A DNA stretch of 47,643 nt from Pseudomonadota bacterium (GTDB lineage: Bacteria > Bdellovibrionota_C > UBA2361 > OMII01). The translations under genes and the position numbers were made by a program. The stretch covers positions 58,212 through 105,854 of the forward strand of contig JAYPVM010000009.1 in assembly GCA_038134595.1 (NCBI GenBank), given 5' to 3'. Each line of letters begins with the position of its first letter. The first letter of the stretch is position 1. The notes below the pieces were generated by a model, which saw only the letters and a list, made by a program, of their open reading frames with translations, ran no database searches and had not been told where the DNA came from. Shown in pieces: positions 1 through 8,308 of this stretch.

Positions 1-1337
1 TTACCGACAATTTGCCACCTCCGCTCAGGCGAGCAAACACCTACAACCTTACCATCCGAGCGGACCGAAAACTGAATCGCCCCTTTGTGATAATCGAAAG
101 GATACCCTGTCTTCGAATGAACGGCGACATCAACACCGTATACCCCATCAACAAGCCCCAACCGGTTCAGCTGAAAGCAGACCCGTCCACTGTCTTTTGG
201 CATACCAAACTCAACCCGATCGATATCTGTGTTCGAGCCGAAAACCTGAAGTCCGTCTGCTCGAACCAATCCAACGCCGAAAACAACGTCATCTAAATCG
301 ATCTCAGGTGAATTCACCGAGAAGTCCATCTCAACCGTCACCTCATCATCGGGGTGTAGCACTCTCGCCACTCTGCCCTCGTCGGCGGTAATATCAACCC
401 GCGTTACTTCAATCTCTCGACTACCCCACCGTTCCCTCTCTAGAGTCTCTCCGCTCTTTTCCTCAGTGGGGCAATCCTGGGCGACTTGCACCTTCTCACT
501 TTCTATCCGTCCCGCCTCCTCTTCTTTCTCTATAAAGAATCGGTATGCATCTATCACACGACGAGGATGTCCTCTATCTTTAACAACCCCCTTATCCAAC
601 CAAATAACCTCGTCACACCAACGCTCCACAGAGTCTAGGTCGTGTGTCACCATGATAAGAGTCTTTCCTGCTTTCTGTAGCTGTCCAATTCGATCCTTAC
701 ACTTAGCCACAAATCCTGCATCACCAACTGCCAGCACTTCGTCAATCAACAGTATGTCGGGATCGGTATGTACTGCTATGCTAAAACCCAATCGCATAAA
801 CATCCCGGATGAATATGTTCTCACCGGCTCATCGATCACCTCGGAGAGCTCAGCAAAGGCGACAATTTCATCGAACTTCCCCTCAATCTCCTGCCGTTTG
901 AGACCATGCATAGCACCAGCTAAAAAGAGATTTTCCCTCCCTGTAAAATCCGGATGAAAACCTGCTCCAAGCTCTATCAGCGCTGCAATACTCCCGTTCA
1001 CATTCACCCGACCGCTGGTCGGTTTATAAATACCAGTAAGCAACTTAAGGAATGTCGATTTACCCGAACCGTTCCTGCCAATTAATCCGATCGAGGAACC
1101 TTTCGGTATTCGCATCGTGAGGTCTTGAATCGCTACCGTCTGATCAGCCTGACCACTTACCATCTCAGGGCCCTTTGAGAACCACGATAGAAGGGTCGTC
1201 TTTAGCGTAGAGTACGACGAGCTACGGCGTCTGCAAAAAGCCTTGCGAAGGTTAACAATGTCAACCACATATTCAACTCGGTCGACCCCTTGATTATCCT
1301 CTTCCGTAGCGGTGTCTAAACTCGGCACTGGTTGCAT
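1..1337 (-). CDS. wzt: Polysaccharide/O-antigen ABC exporter ATP-binding subunit (Wzt/RfbB-like) with C-terminal extension; 3' end runs off the window
   Basis: Not in the ORF track. Manual translation from ATG at 1337 gives MQPVPSLD...SYSTLK...GLIGRNGSGKSTFLKLLTGIYKPTSG...LIELGAGFHPDFTGREN...YSSGMFMRLGFSIAVHTDPDILLIDEVLAVGDAGF (Walker A, signature, Walker B typical of Wzt); the frame is still open at position 1. Confidence 0.9.
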   Translation of the reverse strand, partial: MQPVPSLDTATEEDNQGVDRVEYVVDIVNLRKAFCRRRSSSYSTLKTTLLSWFSKGPEMVSGQADQTVAIQDLTMRIPKGSSIGLIGRNGSGKSTFLKLLTGIYKPTSGRVNVNGSIAALIELGAGFHPDFTGRENLFLAGAMHGLKRQEIEGKFDEIVAFAELSEVIDEPVRTYSSGMFMRLGFSIAVHTDPDILLIDEVLAVGDAGFVAKCKDRIGQLQKAGKTLIMVTHDLDSVERWCDEVIWLDKGVVKDRGHPRRVIDAYRFFIEKEEEAGRIESEKVQVAQDCPTEEKSGETLERERWGSREIEVTRVDITADEGRVARVLHPDDEVTVEMDFSVNSPEIDLDDVVFGVGLVRADGLQVFGSNTDIDRVEFGMPKDSGRVCFQLNRLGLVDGVYGVDVAVHSKTGYPFDYHKGAIQFSVRSDGKVVGVCSPERRWQIVG

Positions 1338-1341
1338 CAGT

Positions 1342-1935
1342 CTAGCTCCCTCGCTTCACAACATATATCGATGGCAAGTTGCGCCAACGTTCATTATCAT
1401 CCATGCCAAAACCGACGAACCATTCTGGGCCTTCATATTGAAAGCCAACCCAGCACGGAACAAAGCTTGGCGTGTCGAGAAGCCTCCGAACTAATACCAC
1501 GGAGCGGACCTCACGAGCTCCCATTTCTACAAGTTGCTTTTCTAGCGCTTCGAGGGTTTTTCCGGAGTCGCAAACATCATCAACTATCATCACCACGCGA
1601 CCCTTAACGGCCAGTTGTCCCAATTCGATAGATATCTCACCCCTGCGAACGCCGTTGTTGCCAGATTCATAGCTTTGGGCTCTAATAGGCGCAATCTCTA
1701 TTGAGGCATCAATCCTCTTGGCCAGATCGGCAAAGAAAAATATCCCTCCCCGTAATACAGGAAGAACGAGCACATCGGTATGGGAATCTAGCCATATTCC
1801 CCGACACCATTCTCCAATCTCGGAGGCCATTGACGCAATGCGCTCTTGAATATCAGCTGCCGGATAAACTTCAGAGAACTGCTCTGGTATGCTTGGTTTA
1901 AACTCGGTATATTTTTGCGTAGACACCCTCTGCAC
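1342..1935 (-). CDS. hpt: Hypoxanthine phosphoribosyltransferase
   Basis: VLRGGIFFFADL, PRPP-binding VMIVDDVCDSGKTL, C-terminal FVGFGMD..ERWRNLP motif. Confidence 0.85.
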   Translation of the reverse strand: MQRVSTQKYTEFKPSIPEQFSEVYPAADIQERIASMASEIGEWCRGIWLDSHTDVLVLPVLRGGIFFFADLAKRIDASIEIAPIRAQSYESGNNGVRRGEISIELGQLAVKGRVVMIVDDVCDSGKTLEALEKQLVEMGAREVRSVVLVRRLLDTPSFVPCWVGFQYEGPEWFVGFGMDDNERWRNLPSIYVVKRGS

Positions 1936-1967
1936 CTCTGTGTAATTTCATCCAGTTAGGAGTTTAC

Positions 1968-2420
1968 ATGAACCGTAGCTACTATAATTGTTTTATCCCC
2001 CAAAAGGCAATCATGCCAATTGCCTGCGCGGCTATTTTCTTAGCTATATTGGGCGGTTGCAAAAAATCTGATAGTTCACATCAGGCACTGGGCGCTCCCA
2101 CACCCGACGAGTCGAACTCCTCGAATCTCTCTTTTCAGAGCATTTTGAATTCAATAAGCAGTGCCAGCGATGCCCTCGCTCCACACGCCGAGTCCCTCGA
2201 AGAAACGACAAAAGAAGAGGTCACAAAGCTATTTCGATGGGAGTACAAGGTTATAGACCTCGACATATTACTCTCAGCACCAGCCGTAGCAGACACACTA
2301 AACGAACTTGGAAACGACAATTGGGAGTGCTCGACCGGAACACCGGTTCCACAAACAATCCGCTTCTACTGCAAGAGACGCCCTAGAGGTGCCCTGTCAT
2401 ACTTGCGATTTGTGCGATAA
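1968..2420 (+). CDS. Hypothetical lipoprotein with DUF4177-like C-terminal domain (start may be ATG at 2013)
   Basis: Hydrophobic stretch ending in lipobox ILGGC; C-terminal WEYKVI...LNELGNDNWE resembles DUF4177. Confidence 0.65.
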   Translation: MNRSYYNCFIPQKAIMPIACAAIFLAILGGCKKSDSSHQALGAPTPDESNSSNLSFQSILNSISSASDALAPHAESLEETTKEEVTKLFRWEYKVIDLDILLSAPAVADTLNELGNDNWECSTGTPVPQTIRFYCKRRPRGALSYLRFVR

Positions 2421-2500
2421 TCTGAAGTACCACCATGCGAAATATTCCCCTAACTACAGGTTATGCAACGGCACCAATTTCGGGTTACTGATCAGAGATA

Positions 2501-2968
2501 TCACCGAGTACCGCTCTTAGAATATCTTGAACGTAGCGCATCAAAAGAGATGCCGCCCGGACCAAACAAAAATACAATCATCGTTGAAAACATGTATAGA
2601 AACGGCTCGGCTCTTAAAAACGGTTTAATCTTAGGATATGACATTAGGGCGCGAAGAGCCTCGTAATGCGCCAGGAAAAAAGCCACCGCCATCGTAAATA
2701 ACAAAGGGACCGAAACCCACGACGTCCCCAATCCGAACATTAGCAACAATCCTCCAAGCAACTCTACGCCACCTGCCATAACAACCTGTAGATAGGGTAA
2801 TGGCAGACCGAGGCTTTCAAAATAGTTAACACTACGATCAAAGTGAGTAAATTTTCCGAGGCCCGCCTGAAAAAATCCCCATCCCCAATGAACTCGTATC
2901 GCTAACAAAAAAAGATCTTGAAGATACGGCAACGACTTAGTCCTAATTATATGATATCGTCTAAACAC
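2501..2968 (-). CDS. DoxX family membrane protein (MNIO cluster-associated)
   Basis: R-x3-GWGFFQAGLGK, F-x2-LGLP-x-P, VELLGGLLLMFGL, C-terminal GPGGISFD; about four hydrophobic segments; last gene of the DUF692 operon. Confidence 0.85.
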   Translation of the reverse strand: MFRRYHIIRTKSLPYLQDLFLLAIRVHWGWGFFQAGLGKFTHFDRSVNYFESLGLPLPYLQVVMAGGVELLGGLLLMFGLGTSWVSVPLLFTMAVAFFLAHYEALRALMSYPKIKPFLRAEPFLYMFSTMIVFLFGPGGISFDALRSRYSKSGTR

Positions 2969-2972
2969 CTAT

Positions 2973-3908
2973 TTATCCTCCTAAATGTGCTAACCAGCCC
3001 CGCTTAGCAAACGTTGCAAAAACATCTCTAAATCCGTCGACCTCGCCAACTAGCTCACCGTCATACCACGAAATAATTTCAGCAAGTACCGATCGCAATT
3101 CAGCTGGCTCTTTGGCCACACGATAAAGACAGACTTCCATGCTATTTAAGCGAGCCACCCTAACTACATCTCTATGTCGGTACACTGCGAGAGCGTAATC
3201 GCAAACCTTAATTTCCTCATGATTTACTAGCTCTCCTGAAGCAGCATCCTCTTCTCGAAGATCCTCAGAATTACTTAACTCGCACGAGACCTCTTCCTCC
3301 AAATCGCTTTCGAACAATACATCAACTGCCCGATTCAGCTCCACTAGTGCAACAAATGGCTGGATTTGGATTTTAGTCGCCTCACCGCCCATCTCCACCG
3401 TCTGCAAAGTTAATGGGGAAAGAGCAGGCACCTGTTGCACACCGAGTGAAGCCAACTCAACCTGAGCGATGTTTTCCGAAACGCTTCGCTGATACGGCGT
3501 AAGTGTTGCACAGTTAGAAAGAAAAGAGGCAAACTCTATTCCAAGTCGCTTTAGTCTTGGATACTTCGAAGGATACTTATCTAAATATTCCACAATAACG
3601 TCGGCAAAAATCCGATCAGATAGAAACTTTCGAGTCTTCGGAAAATCAGCGCGCATAACTCTCAGCAACCGCCACCAGTATTGCTGCGCATACAATTCCA
3701 AGCGCTCATGGTTACTTAACGTTGCACTAGCTGTTATAAGGTGCTCAAGCCCCCTTACAGGTCGCATATGCCGCCCTCTCTCTAAGGGCCGCCTAATAAG
3801 TCGAAGGAATTCACGCTGCATAGCTTGCAAGTCATCGATCGTTTCAATGCGAAGCGGGATGAGATCGTCTAATCCATCTGCAGTATCCACCACCTTATGG
3901 TCGGTCAT
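2973..3908 (-). CDS. DUF2063-family MNIO partner protein (BufC/HvfC-like putative precursor-recognition protein)
   Basis: LQAMQREFLRLI...ERLELYAQQYWWRL...DFP...YLDKYPS..P.L..LG.EF..FL pattern; overlaps the DUF692 stop by 4 nt (translational coupling). Confidence 0.8.
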   Translation of the reverse strand: MTDHKVVDTADGLDDLIPLRIETIDDLQAMQREFLRLIRRPLERGRHMRPVRGLEHLITASATLSNHERLELYAQQYWWRLLRVMRADFPKTRKFLSDRIFADVIVEYLDKYPSKYPRLKRLGIEFASFLSNCATLTPYQRSVSENIAQVELASLGVQQVPALSPLTLQTVEMGGEATKIQIQPFVALVELNRAVDVLFESDLEEEVSCELSNSEDLREEDAASGELVNHEEIKVCDYALAVYRHRDVVRVARLNSMEVCLYRVAKEPAELRSVLAEIISWYDGELVGEVDGFRDVFATFAKRGWLAHLGG

Positions 3909-4786
3909 AGCCCAACCTCATCTGCCAGCTGAGGCACATCTAAGTCCTTACCAGAGAATCGATCCAACCAACGCTGTGCCTTCATTGCTTCAGCATAGAC
4001 AGTCTCAAAACTTGGAATTTTTGAGTCCCACTCTAATAGCGTTGGAGTATGTCCGCACAGCTCGATTGCACGCGCGTAGAGGTCCCACACTGGGCTAATA
4101 GGCGGTCCGTCGTGCGTGTCGATAATAAACCTGCCCTTATCGCAGTGCCCGGCGATGTGTATCTGAACGACTCGATTGGGATCGATCGTGTCTAGATACC
4201 TATGGGCATCAAATCCGTGGTTTCTTGAAGAGACATAAACATTGTTGACATCGAGTAGTATTCCGCAATCTGCCTGGTCAGCTACCTCATTTAAAAACTC
4301 CCACTCTGTCATGGAGCTCATTGTGTACTCGGCATAGCTACTAACATTCTCGACCGCTATCGGAACCTCTAGGAAATCGCGCACCGCGCGAATTTTCTGC
4401 GCCGTATAACGGGCCACCTCTTTTGTATACGGCATCGGAAGGAGATCGTGAGAATAGGTCCCATCCACGCTACCCCAGCATAAATGGTCTGTTAGCCACG
4501 GAGTCCTCGTTCGTCGAACAAGACGTTTCAACTGAACCAAGTGATCACGAGGCGGCATCTCAGGCGAACCAAAGTAAAGAGAAACCCCGTGCAGTACCAC
4601 ATTATAACGAGCGATGATCTTCTCTAGAACCTCATACGATTTGCCACCTTCAGAGAGAAAGTTCTCGGCAATAATCTCGAACCATTCAACCTCCGGATAA
4701 TTCGCAAGAATGTATTTGTGATGCGGCTTACGTAAACCGAGGCCCACCCCAAGTCGCGAGAAATTATTGTATCGATTAGCAGGCAT
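3905..4786 (-). CDS. DUF692 / multinuclear non-heme iron-dependent oxidative enzyme (MNIO), RiPP maturase
   Basis: GLGLR, WFEIIAENF, HGVSL, DHLCW, HDLLP, ENVSSY, LLDVNNVYV, HIAGH, IDTH and LLEWD metal-ligand motifs all present. Confidence 0.93.
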   Translation of the reverse strand: MPANRYNNFSRLGVGLGLRKPHHKYILANYPEVEWFEIIAENFLSEGGKSYEVLEKIIARYNVVLHGVSLYFGSPEMPPRDHLVQLKRLVRRTRTPWLTDHLCWGSVDGTYSHDLLPMPYTKEVARYTAQKIRAVRDFLEVPIAVENVSSYAEYTMSSMTEWEFLNEVADQADCGILLDVNNVYVSSRNHGFDAHRYLDTIDPNRVVQIHIAGHCDKGRFIIDTHDGPPISPVWDLYARAIELCGHTPTLLEWDSKIPSFETVYAEAMKAQRWLDRFSGKDLDVPQLADEVGL

Positions 4787-4907
4787 TTATCGGAGCCTTC
4801 AATTTTTTATTGCTCCATACCGCTAGGGGCACCTTGCAGAAGGAACACGATGCGAGGGAAAAATAACTTTTGTAACCTATCAGAGACCCTCGAGATTACA
4901 AGGAGGG

Positions 4908-4944
4908 AAAAACCGCAGAGCTTGCTCCTTGGGGCAAGCTCTGC
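4908..4944 (-). terminator. Rho-independent terminator-like hairpin between precursor and MNIO gene
   Basis: Perfect 11-bp inverted repeat GCAGAGCTTGC (4915-4925) / GCAAGCTCTGC (4934-4944), followed on the minus strand by GGTTTTT; starts 15 nt after the precursor stop. Confidence 0.7.
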
Positions 4945-4959
4945 TTGAGGACAAAAACT

Positions 4960-5169
4960 CTATCCTTCTTCGCCAGCGCAACTAGCATCATCGCCATTGC
5001 AACCCTCATGTCCGCTGCAGCTCTCTTCGGAACCCGCATCAGTGTCGTGCGCTCCATCATGAGACTTATCAGCACCCTCTTGATGATCTGCATACACAGG
5101 CGCAGCAGTTAGCCCCATCATTAGACCAGCTATTGCTAGAGCCGAGATTTTTTTTACATTTGTATTCAT
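4960..5169 (-). CDS. Putative secreted MNIO-RiPP precursor peptide (69 aa; Sec signal plus acidic His/Cys core)
   Basis: C-terminal part of track ORF 4960..5322; ATG at 5169 preceded by AGGA; MNTNVKKISALAIAGLMMGLTAAPVYA|DHQEGADKSHDGAHDTDAGSEESCSGHEGCNGDDASCAGEEG; directly upstream of DUF692. Confidence 0.8.
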   Translation of the reverse strand: MNTNVKKISALAIAGLMMGLTAAPVYADHQEGADKSHDGAHDTDAGSEESCSGHEGCNGDDASCAGEEG

Positions 5170-5328
5170 GAAAAATCCTACAAAGAATTTACGTTTAGAC
5201 ATACGGGAATGACCACACCTCTGGTGCCAACCCATTTTCGGCAATTTACCACAGCTGAGACCGGAGCAAAAGAGGATTTCAGCTAGTCCGACAGCCTGCT
5301 GGTAGTGGGAACCGCCGCTCATAGAAAC

Positions 5329-6894
5329 CTATAAAACTCGACTAAGAGCCTCTCCCAGCTCGGATGCTAGAACCGTAATCCGCCCCTCCTCCGCCAGAAG
5401 GTCGCCGGCCGACGCATGAAGCCAAGCTCCAAAACGAGCACCGTCTATCACCTGCCCAGTCTGAACAATCGTAGTGGCAATAACGCCAGCTAAGACATCG
5501 CCACTGCCCGGCGTGGCAAGTACGGGGTTTCCCGCAGTTACAACATGAATACCATTACCGTCTGAAACGAGAGTGCCAGGCCCTTTAAGAACAACTGTAC
5601 AACCCGTCTTAGCGACTAGACCCTCGATAGCAGCAAACCTATTAACCTGAACTTGCTCCACTGTTACTCCAAGTAGTCGAGCCGCTTCTCCCGGATGCGG
5701 CGTAATCACGACGTTGGAACCCAGTCTACATTCAGGCAAGCGGCCTGCCATGCAATTTAGCGCATCAGCATCAAAAACAACCTTTCCCTTGAAGTTTAAC
5801 AATCCCTTTAGAAGTTTATCAAAAAACTCCACCGTATGTACTGAATGTCCAGTTCCAGGACCCATCACTAGACTATCGTATCGCTGACATGCAGCCAAAA
5901 CAGCCTCGACATCAAGCTCGTTAAAACTAGAATCCTCCCCCTCGAGCACCTCAAACATGCACTCCGGAAGCGGGGGAACAAACGGCCAACTAGCTCGAAC
6001 AACACGCGATACAACACCAGCTCCTGCTCGTAGTGCTCCAAGCGCCGCTAACATACCAGCCCCCGGCATACTCCGACTTCCTCCAATTATCAAAACCCTT
6101 CCCAGATCGCCTTTATGCGCATCTCCCGCTCGACGTGGACCCGCTCGAAAAGAGTCTCGGTGGAGTGCTTGGCTCCCTGCACGAGGTTTTAGAGCAATTC
6201 CGATTGGAATCACAGAAAGACAGCCACAGAATTGGCGAGCAGGAAACTGAGAAAGCCCCTTTTTTACACATTCAATTGCATACGTTCGGGTAGCATGAAT
6301 TGCACGTGGATAAACCACTCCCGTATCTGCATTCACCCCAGTTGGAACATCGACCGAAAAAAAGACGCCGTCGGGAATCGATGAAGATAAAACCTCCAAT
6401 ACCCTACCAATTGTTCGCCTTGGCTCACCCTCTTGCCCAATTCCTAGAAGCGCATCAACAATAACATCGGCAGACCTAGCTATCCTTTCAACGTCGCTTG
6501 TATCTACAAAACTGACTTCTGACGACTCAATACCAGCTGGAAGATTTCCAAAAACATGGACATCGGTTGATTTTTTTATTTGATGCGCTGTTTCCTCGGT
6601 AAGCTTACCATCACAACACACCACCGTCGTGACAGAAAAGCCGCTTTCCTTCAAGCGCTGGCCTACTACAAGCCCATCGCCGCCATTGTTTCCAGGCCCA
6701 CAAAAGACTACAACCGAGCTGTTTGGAGAAATCAGCTCGCACATTTCACGAGCGATACCATCGCCAGCCCGTTCCATCAACTCGAGACTGGAGATGCCAC
6801 GGTCAATAGCCTGTCGATCATAGCAGCGCATCTCCTCCGCGCTCGCCAAATCATCTGGCCACGTGGTGTTCCAAAAAGCACTCATAGAGTCCAA
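5329..6894 (-). CDS. nnr: Bifunctional NAD(P)H-hydrate epimerase/dehydratase (NnrE-NnrD)
   Basis: CGPGNNGGDG, VDALLGIG, SVDVPTG, HKGDLG, DADAL, ITPHPGEAARLL, GSGDVLAG motifs. Confidence 0.93.
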   Translation of the reverse strand: MDSMSAFWNTTWPDDLASAEEMRCYDRQAIDRGISSLELMERAGDGIAREMCELISPNSSVVVFCGPGNNGGDGLVVGQRLKESGFSVTTVVCCDGKLTEETAHQIKKSTDVHVFGNLPAGIESSEVSFVDTSDVERIARSADVIVDALLGIGQEGEPRRTIGRVLEVLSSSIPDGVFFSVDVPTGVNADTGVVYPRAIHATRTYAIECVKKGLSQFPARQFCGCLSVIPIGIALKPRAGSQALHRDSFRAGPRRAGDAHKGDLGRVLIIGGSRSMPGAGMLAALGALRAGAGVVSRVVRASWPFVPPLPECMFEVLEGEDSSFNELDVEAVLAACQRYDSLVMGPGTGHSVHTVEFFDKLLKGLLNFKGKVVFDADALNCMAGRLPECRLGSNVVITPHPGEAARLLGVTVEQVQVNRFAAIEGLVAKTGCTVVLKGPGTLVSDGNGIHVVTAGNPVLATPGSGDVLAGVIATTIVQTGQVIDGARFGAWLHASAGDLLAEEGRITVLASELGEALSRVL

Positions 6895-6900
6895 CCACGG

Positions 6901-8271
6901 CTACATGACCCCAATCTCACGCTCCAGAATCTCTGCGATATCCTGAGCATGCTTCTTACAGGATTCCTCATCTTCACACTCAACCATTACGCGAATCTTA
7001 TCTTCCGTTCCTGAGTATCGAACCAGTATTCGCCCCTTCGATCCCATCTCTACCTCTTTCTTACGAATCACATCCTGCAAACCGTCGATGTCATCCAATT
7101 CCGGTTTCTGGGACACTCGAATATTTATTAATTTTTGCGGGAACGTTATACACGCTGATGCTAACTCCGAAAGAGTCTTTCCCTCCCTTTCCATGATACT
7201 CATTACCATGAGAGCTGTAAGAAGCCCATCGCCAGTAGTGGCAACATCACCAAAGATCGTATGGCCTGATTGCTCCCCCCCAAGAACGGAACCCTGTCGA
7301 ATCATCTCCTCCAGTACGGCACGGTCACCAACTCTGGTGCGCGCAACTTTGATTCCATGCTCTCCCATGACCATATCGAAACCAATATTTGTCATAACCG
7401 TTGCTACGACTGTGTCGTTTCTCAACAGTCCCCGGCGTTTTCTATCTAAAGCACATATTGCAAGGATTACGTCGCCATCCAAAACCACTCCTTTCTCATC
7501 AACCAAGATGCACCGATCACCATCTCCATCCAGGGCAATCCCCAAATTCAAATTTTGCTCAACTACAAGCTTCCCCACAACATCTGGAAACAAACTACCA
7601 AAACCAGAGTTTATGTTTTTCCCACTGGGGCTAACCCCACGAGATACAACTTCAGCGCCCAATTCACTCAGCGTTTGAGGTGCGACGACATATCCTGCGC
7701 CGTGAGCGCAATCAACACCGATTTTTAAATCCTCAAGCGACAACTCCCTAGGAAAGTTTTCCTTCAAAAACACCGTGTATCGGCCGACCGCATCATCTAT
7801 CCTAGAGGCCCTTCCGATCTTGCCAGCGTCGACGACTAATTCCTCCAATTGGTTGGAGTCGACCAAGTCCTCAATCTCCGCCTCTAGACTATCGGGCAGC
7901 TTAAAACCATCACCAGCAAAAATCTTTATTCCGTTATCCTCAAATGGATTATGCGAAGCAGATATTACGATACCCGCGTCTACTCGCATACTCTTGGTTA
8001 AATACGCCACACCAGGCGTGGGAATAGGGCCACACAGCAGCACATCTGCTCCCATTGAAGTAATGCCTGACGCCAGTGAGCTCTCAATCATATACCCGGA
8101 CAATCGTGTATCCTTACCAATCAAAATGCGGGCACGCCCCGTCGCCCGTCGACTCTCAGATATTTTAGCGATGGCCTGTCCAAGTCGCACGAGACAATCA
8201 GGGTTCAATGGGAACCTTCCCGCGACGCCCCGGATACCATCGGTTCCAAAGTATTTTTTCTCTCGATCCAT
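6901..8271 (-). CDS. glmM: Phosphoglucosamine mutase
   Basis: YFGTDGIRG, GKDTRLSGYM, ISASHNP, DGDGDR, GGEQSGH, RYSGTE. Confidence 0.95.
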   Translation of the reverse strand: MDREKKYFGTDGIRGVAGRFPLNPDCLVRLGQAIAKISESRRATGRARILIGKDTRLSGYMIESSLASGITSMGADVLLCGPIPTPGVAYLTKSMRVDAGIVISASHNPFEDNGIKIFAGDGFKLPDSLEAEIEDLVDSNQLEELVVDAGKIGRASRIDDAVGRYTVFLKENFPRELSLEDLKIGVDCAHGAGYVVAPQTLSELGAEVVSRGVSPSGKNINSGFGSLFPDVVGKLVVEQNLNLGIALDGDGDRCILVDEKGVVLDGDVILAICALDRKRRGLLRNDTVVATVMTNIGFDMVMGEHGIKVARTRVGDRAVLEEMIRQGSVLGGEQSGHTIFGDVATTGDGLLTALMVMSIMEREGKTLSELASACITFPQKLINIRVSQKPELDDIDGLQDVIRKKEVEMGSKGRILVRYSGTEDKIRVMVECEDEESCKKHAQDIAEILEREIGVM

Positions 8272-8308
8272 AAAAGCCCCTTTTTTCTACTTCTAACTAG
8301 CGGTCTTT

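Noticed and set aside
12..957. Plus-strand ORFs 12..296, 197..391 and 466..957
   Set aside because: Antisense shadows of the wzt gene on the minus strand.
4960..4962. The precursor stop falls where the repeat predicts a fourth Cys (SCSGHEG-C versus SCAGEEG-stop), with a hairpin just downstream, suggesting selenocysteine recoding
   Set aside because: The codon is TAG, not TGA; the hairpin has a U-tract like a terminator, and the read-through sequence does not continue the repeat.
4896..5093. 65-aa alternative-frame ORF overlapping the precursor
   Set aside because: It overlaps the better-supported precursor and runs through the terminator hairpin; no recognisable features.
5212..5230. TTGGCAC upstream of the precursor as a sigma54 promoter
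   Set aside because: The -12 element reads GTGT rather than TTGC; the essential GC is missing.
5170..5322. N-terminal 51 aa of the 120-aa track ORF 4960..5322
   Set aside because: It would bury the signal peptide; the ATG at 5169 has an AGGA RBS and gives a canonical Sec signal, so the upstream part is most likely promoter or leader.
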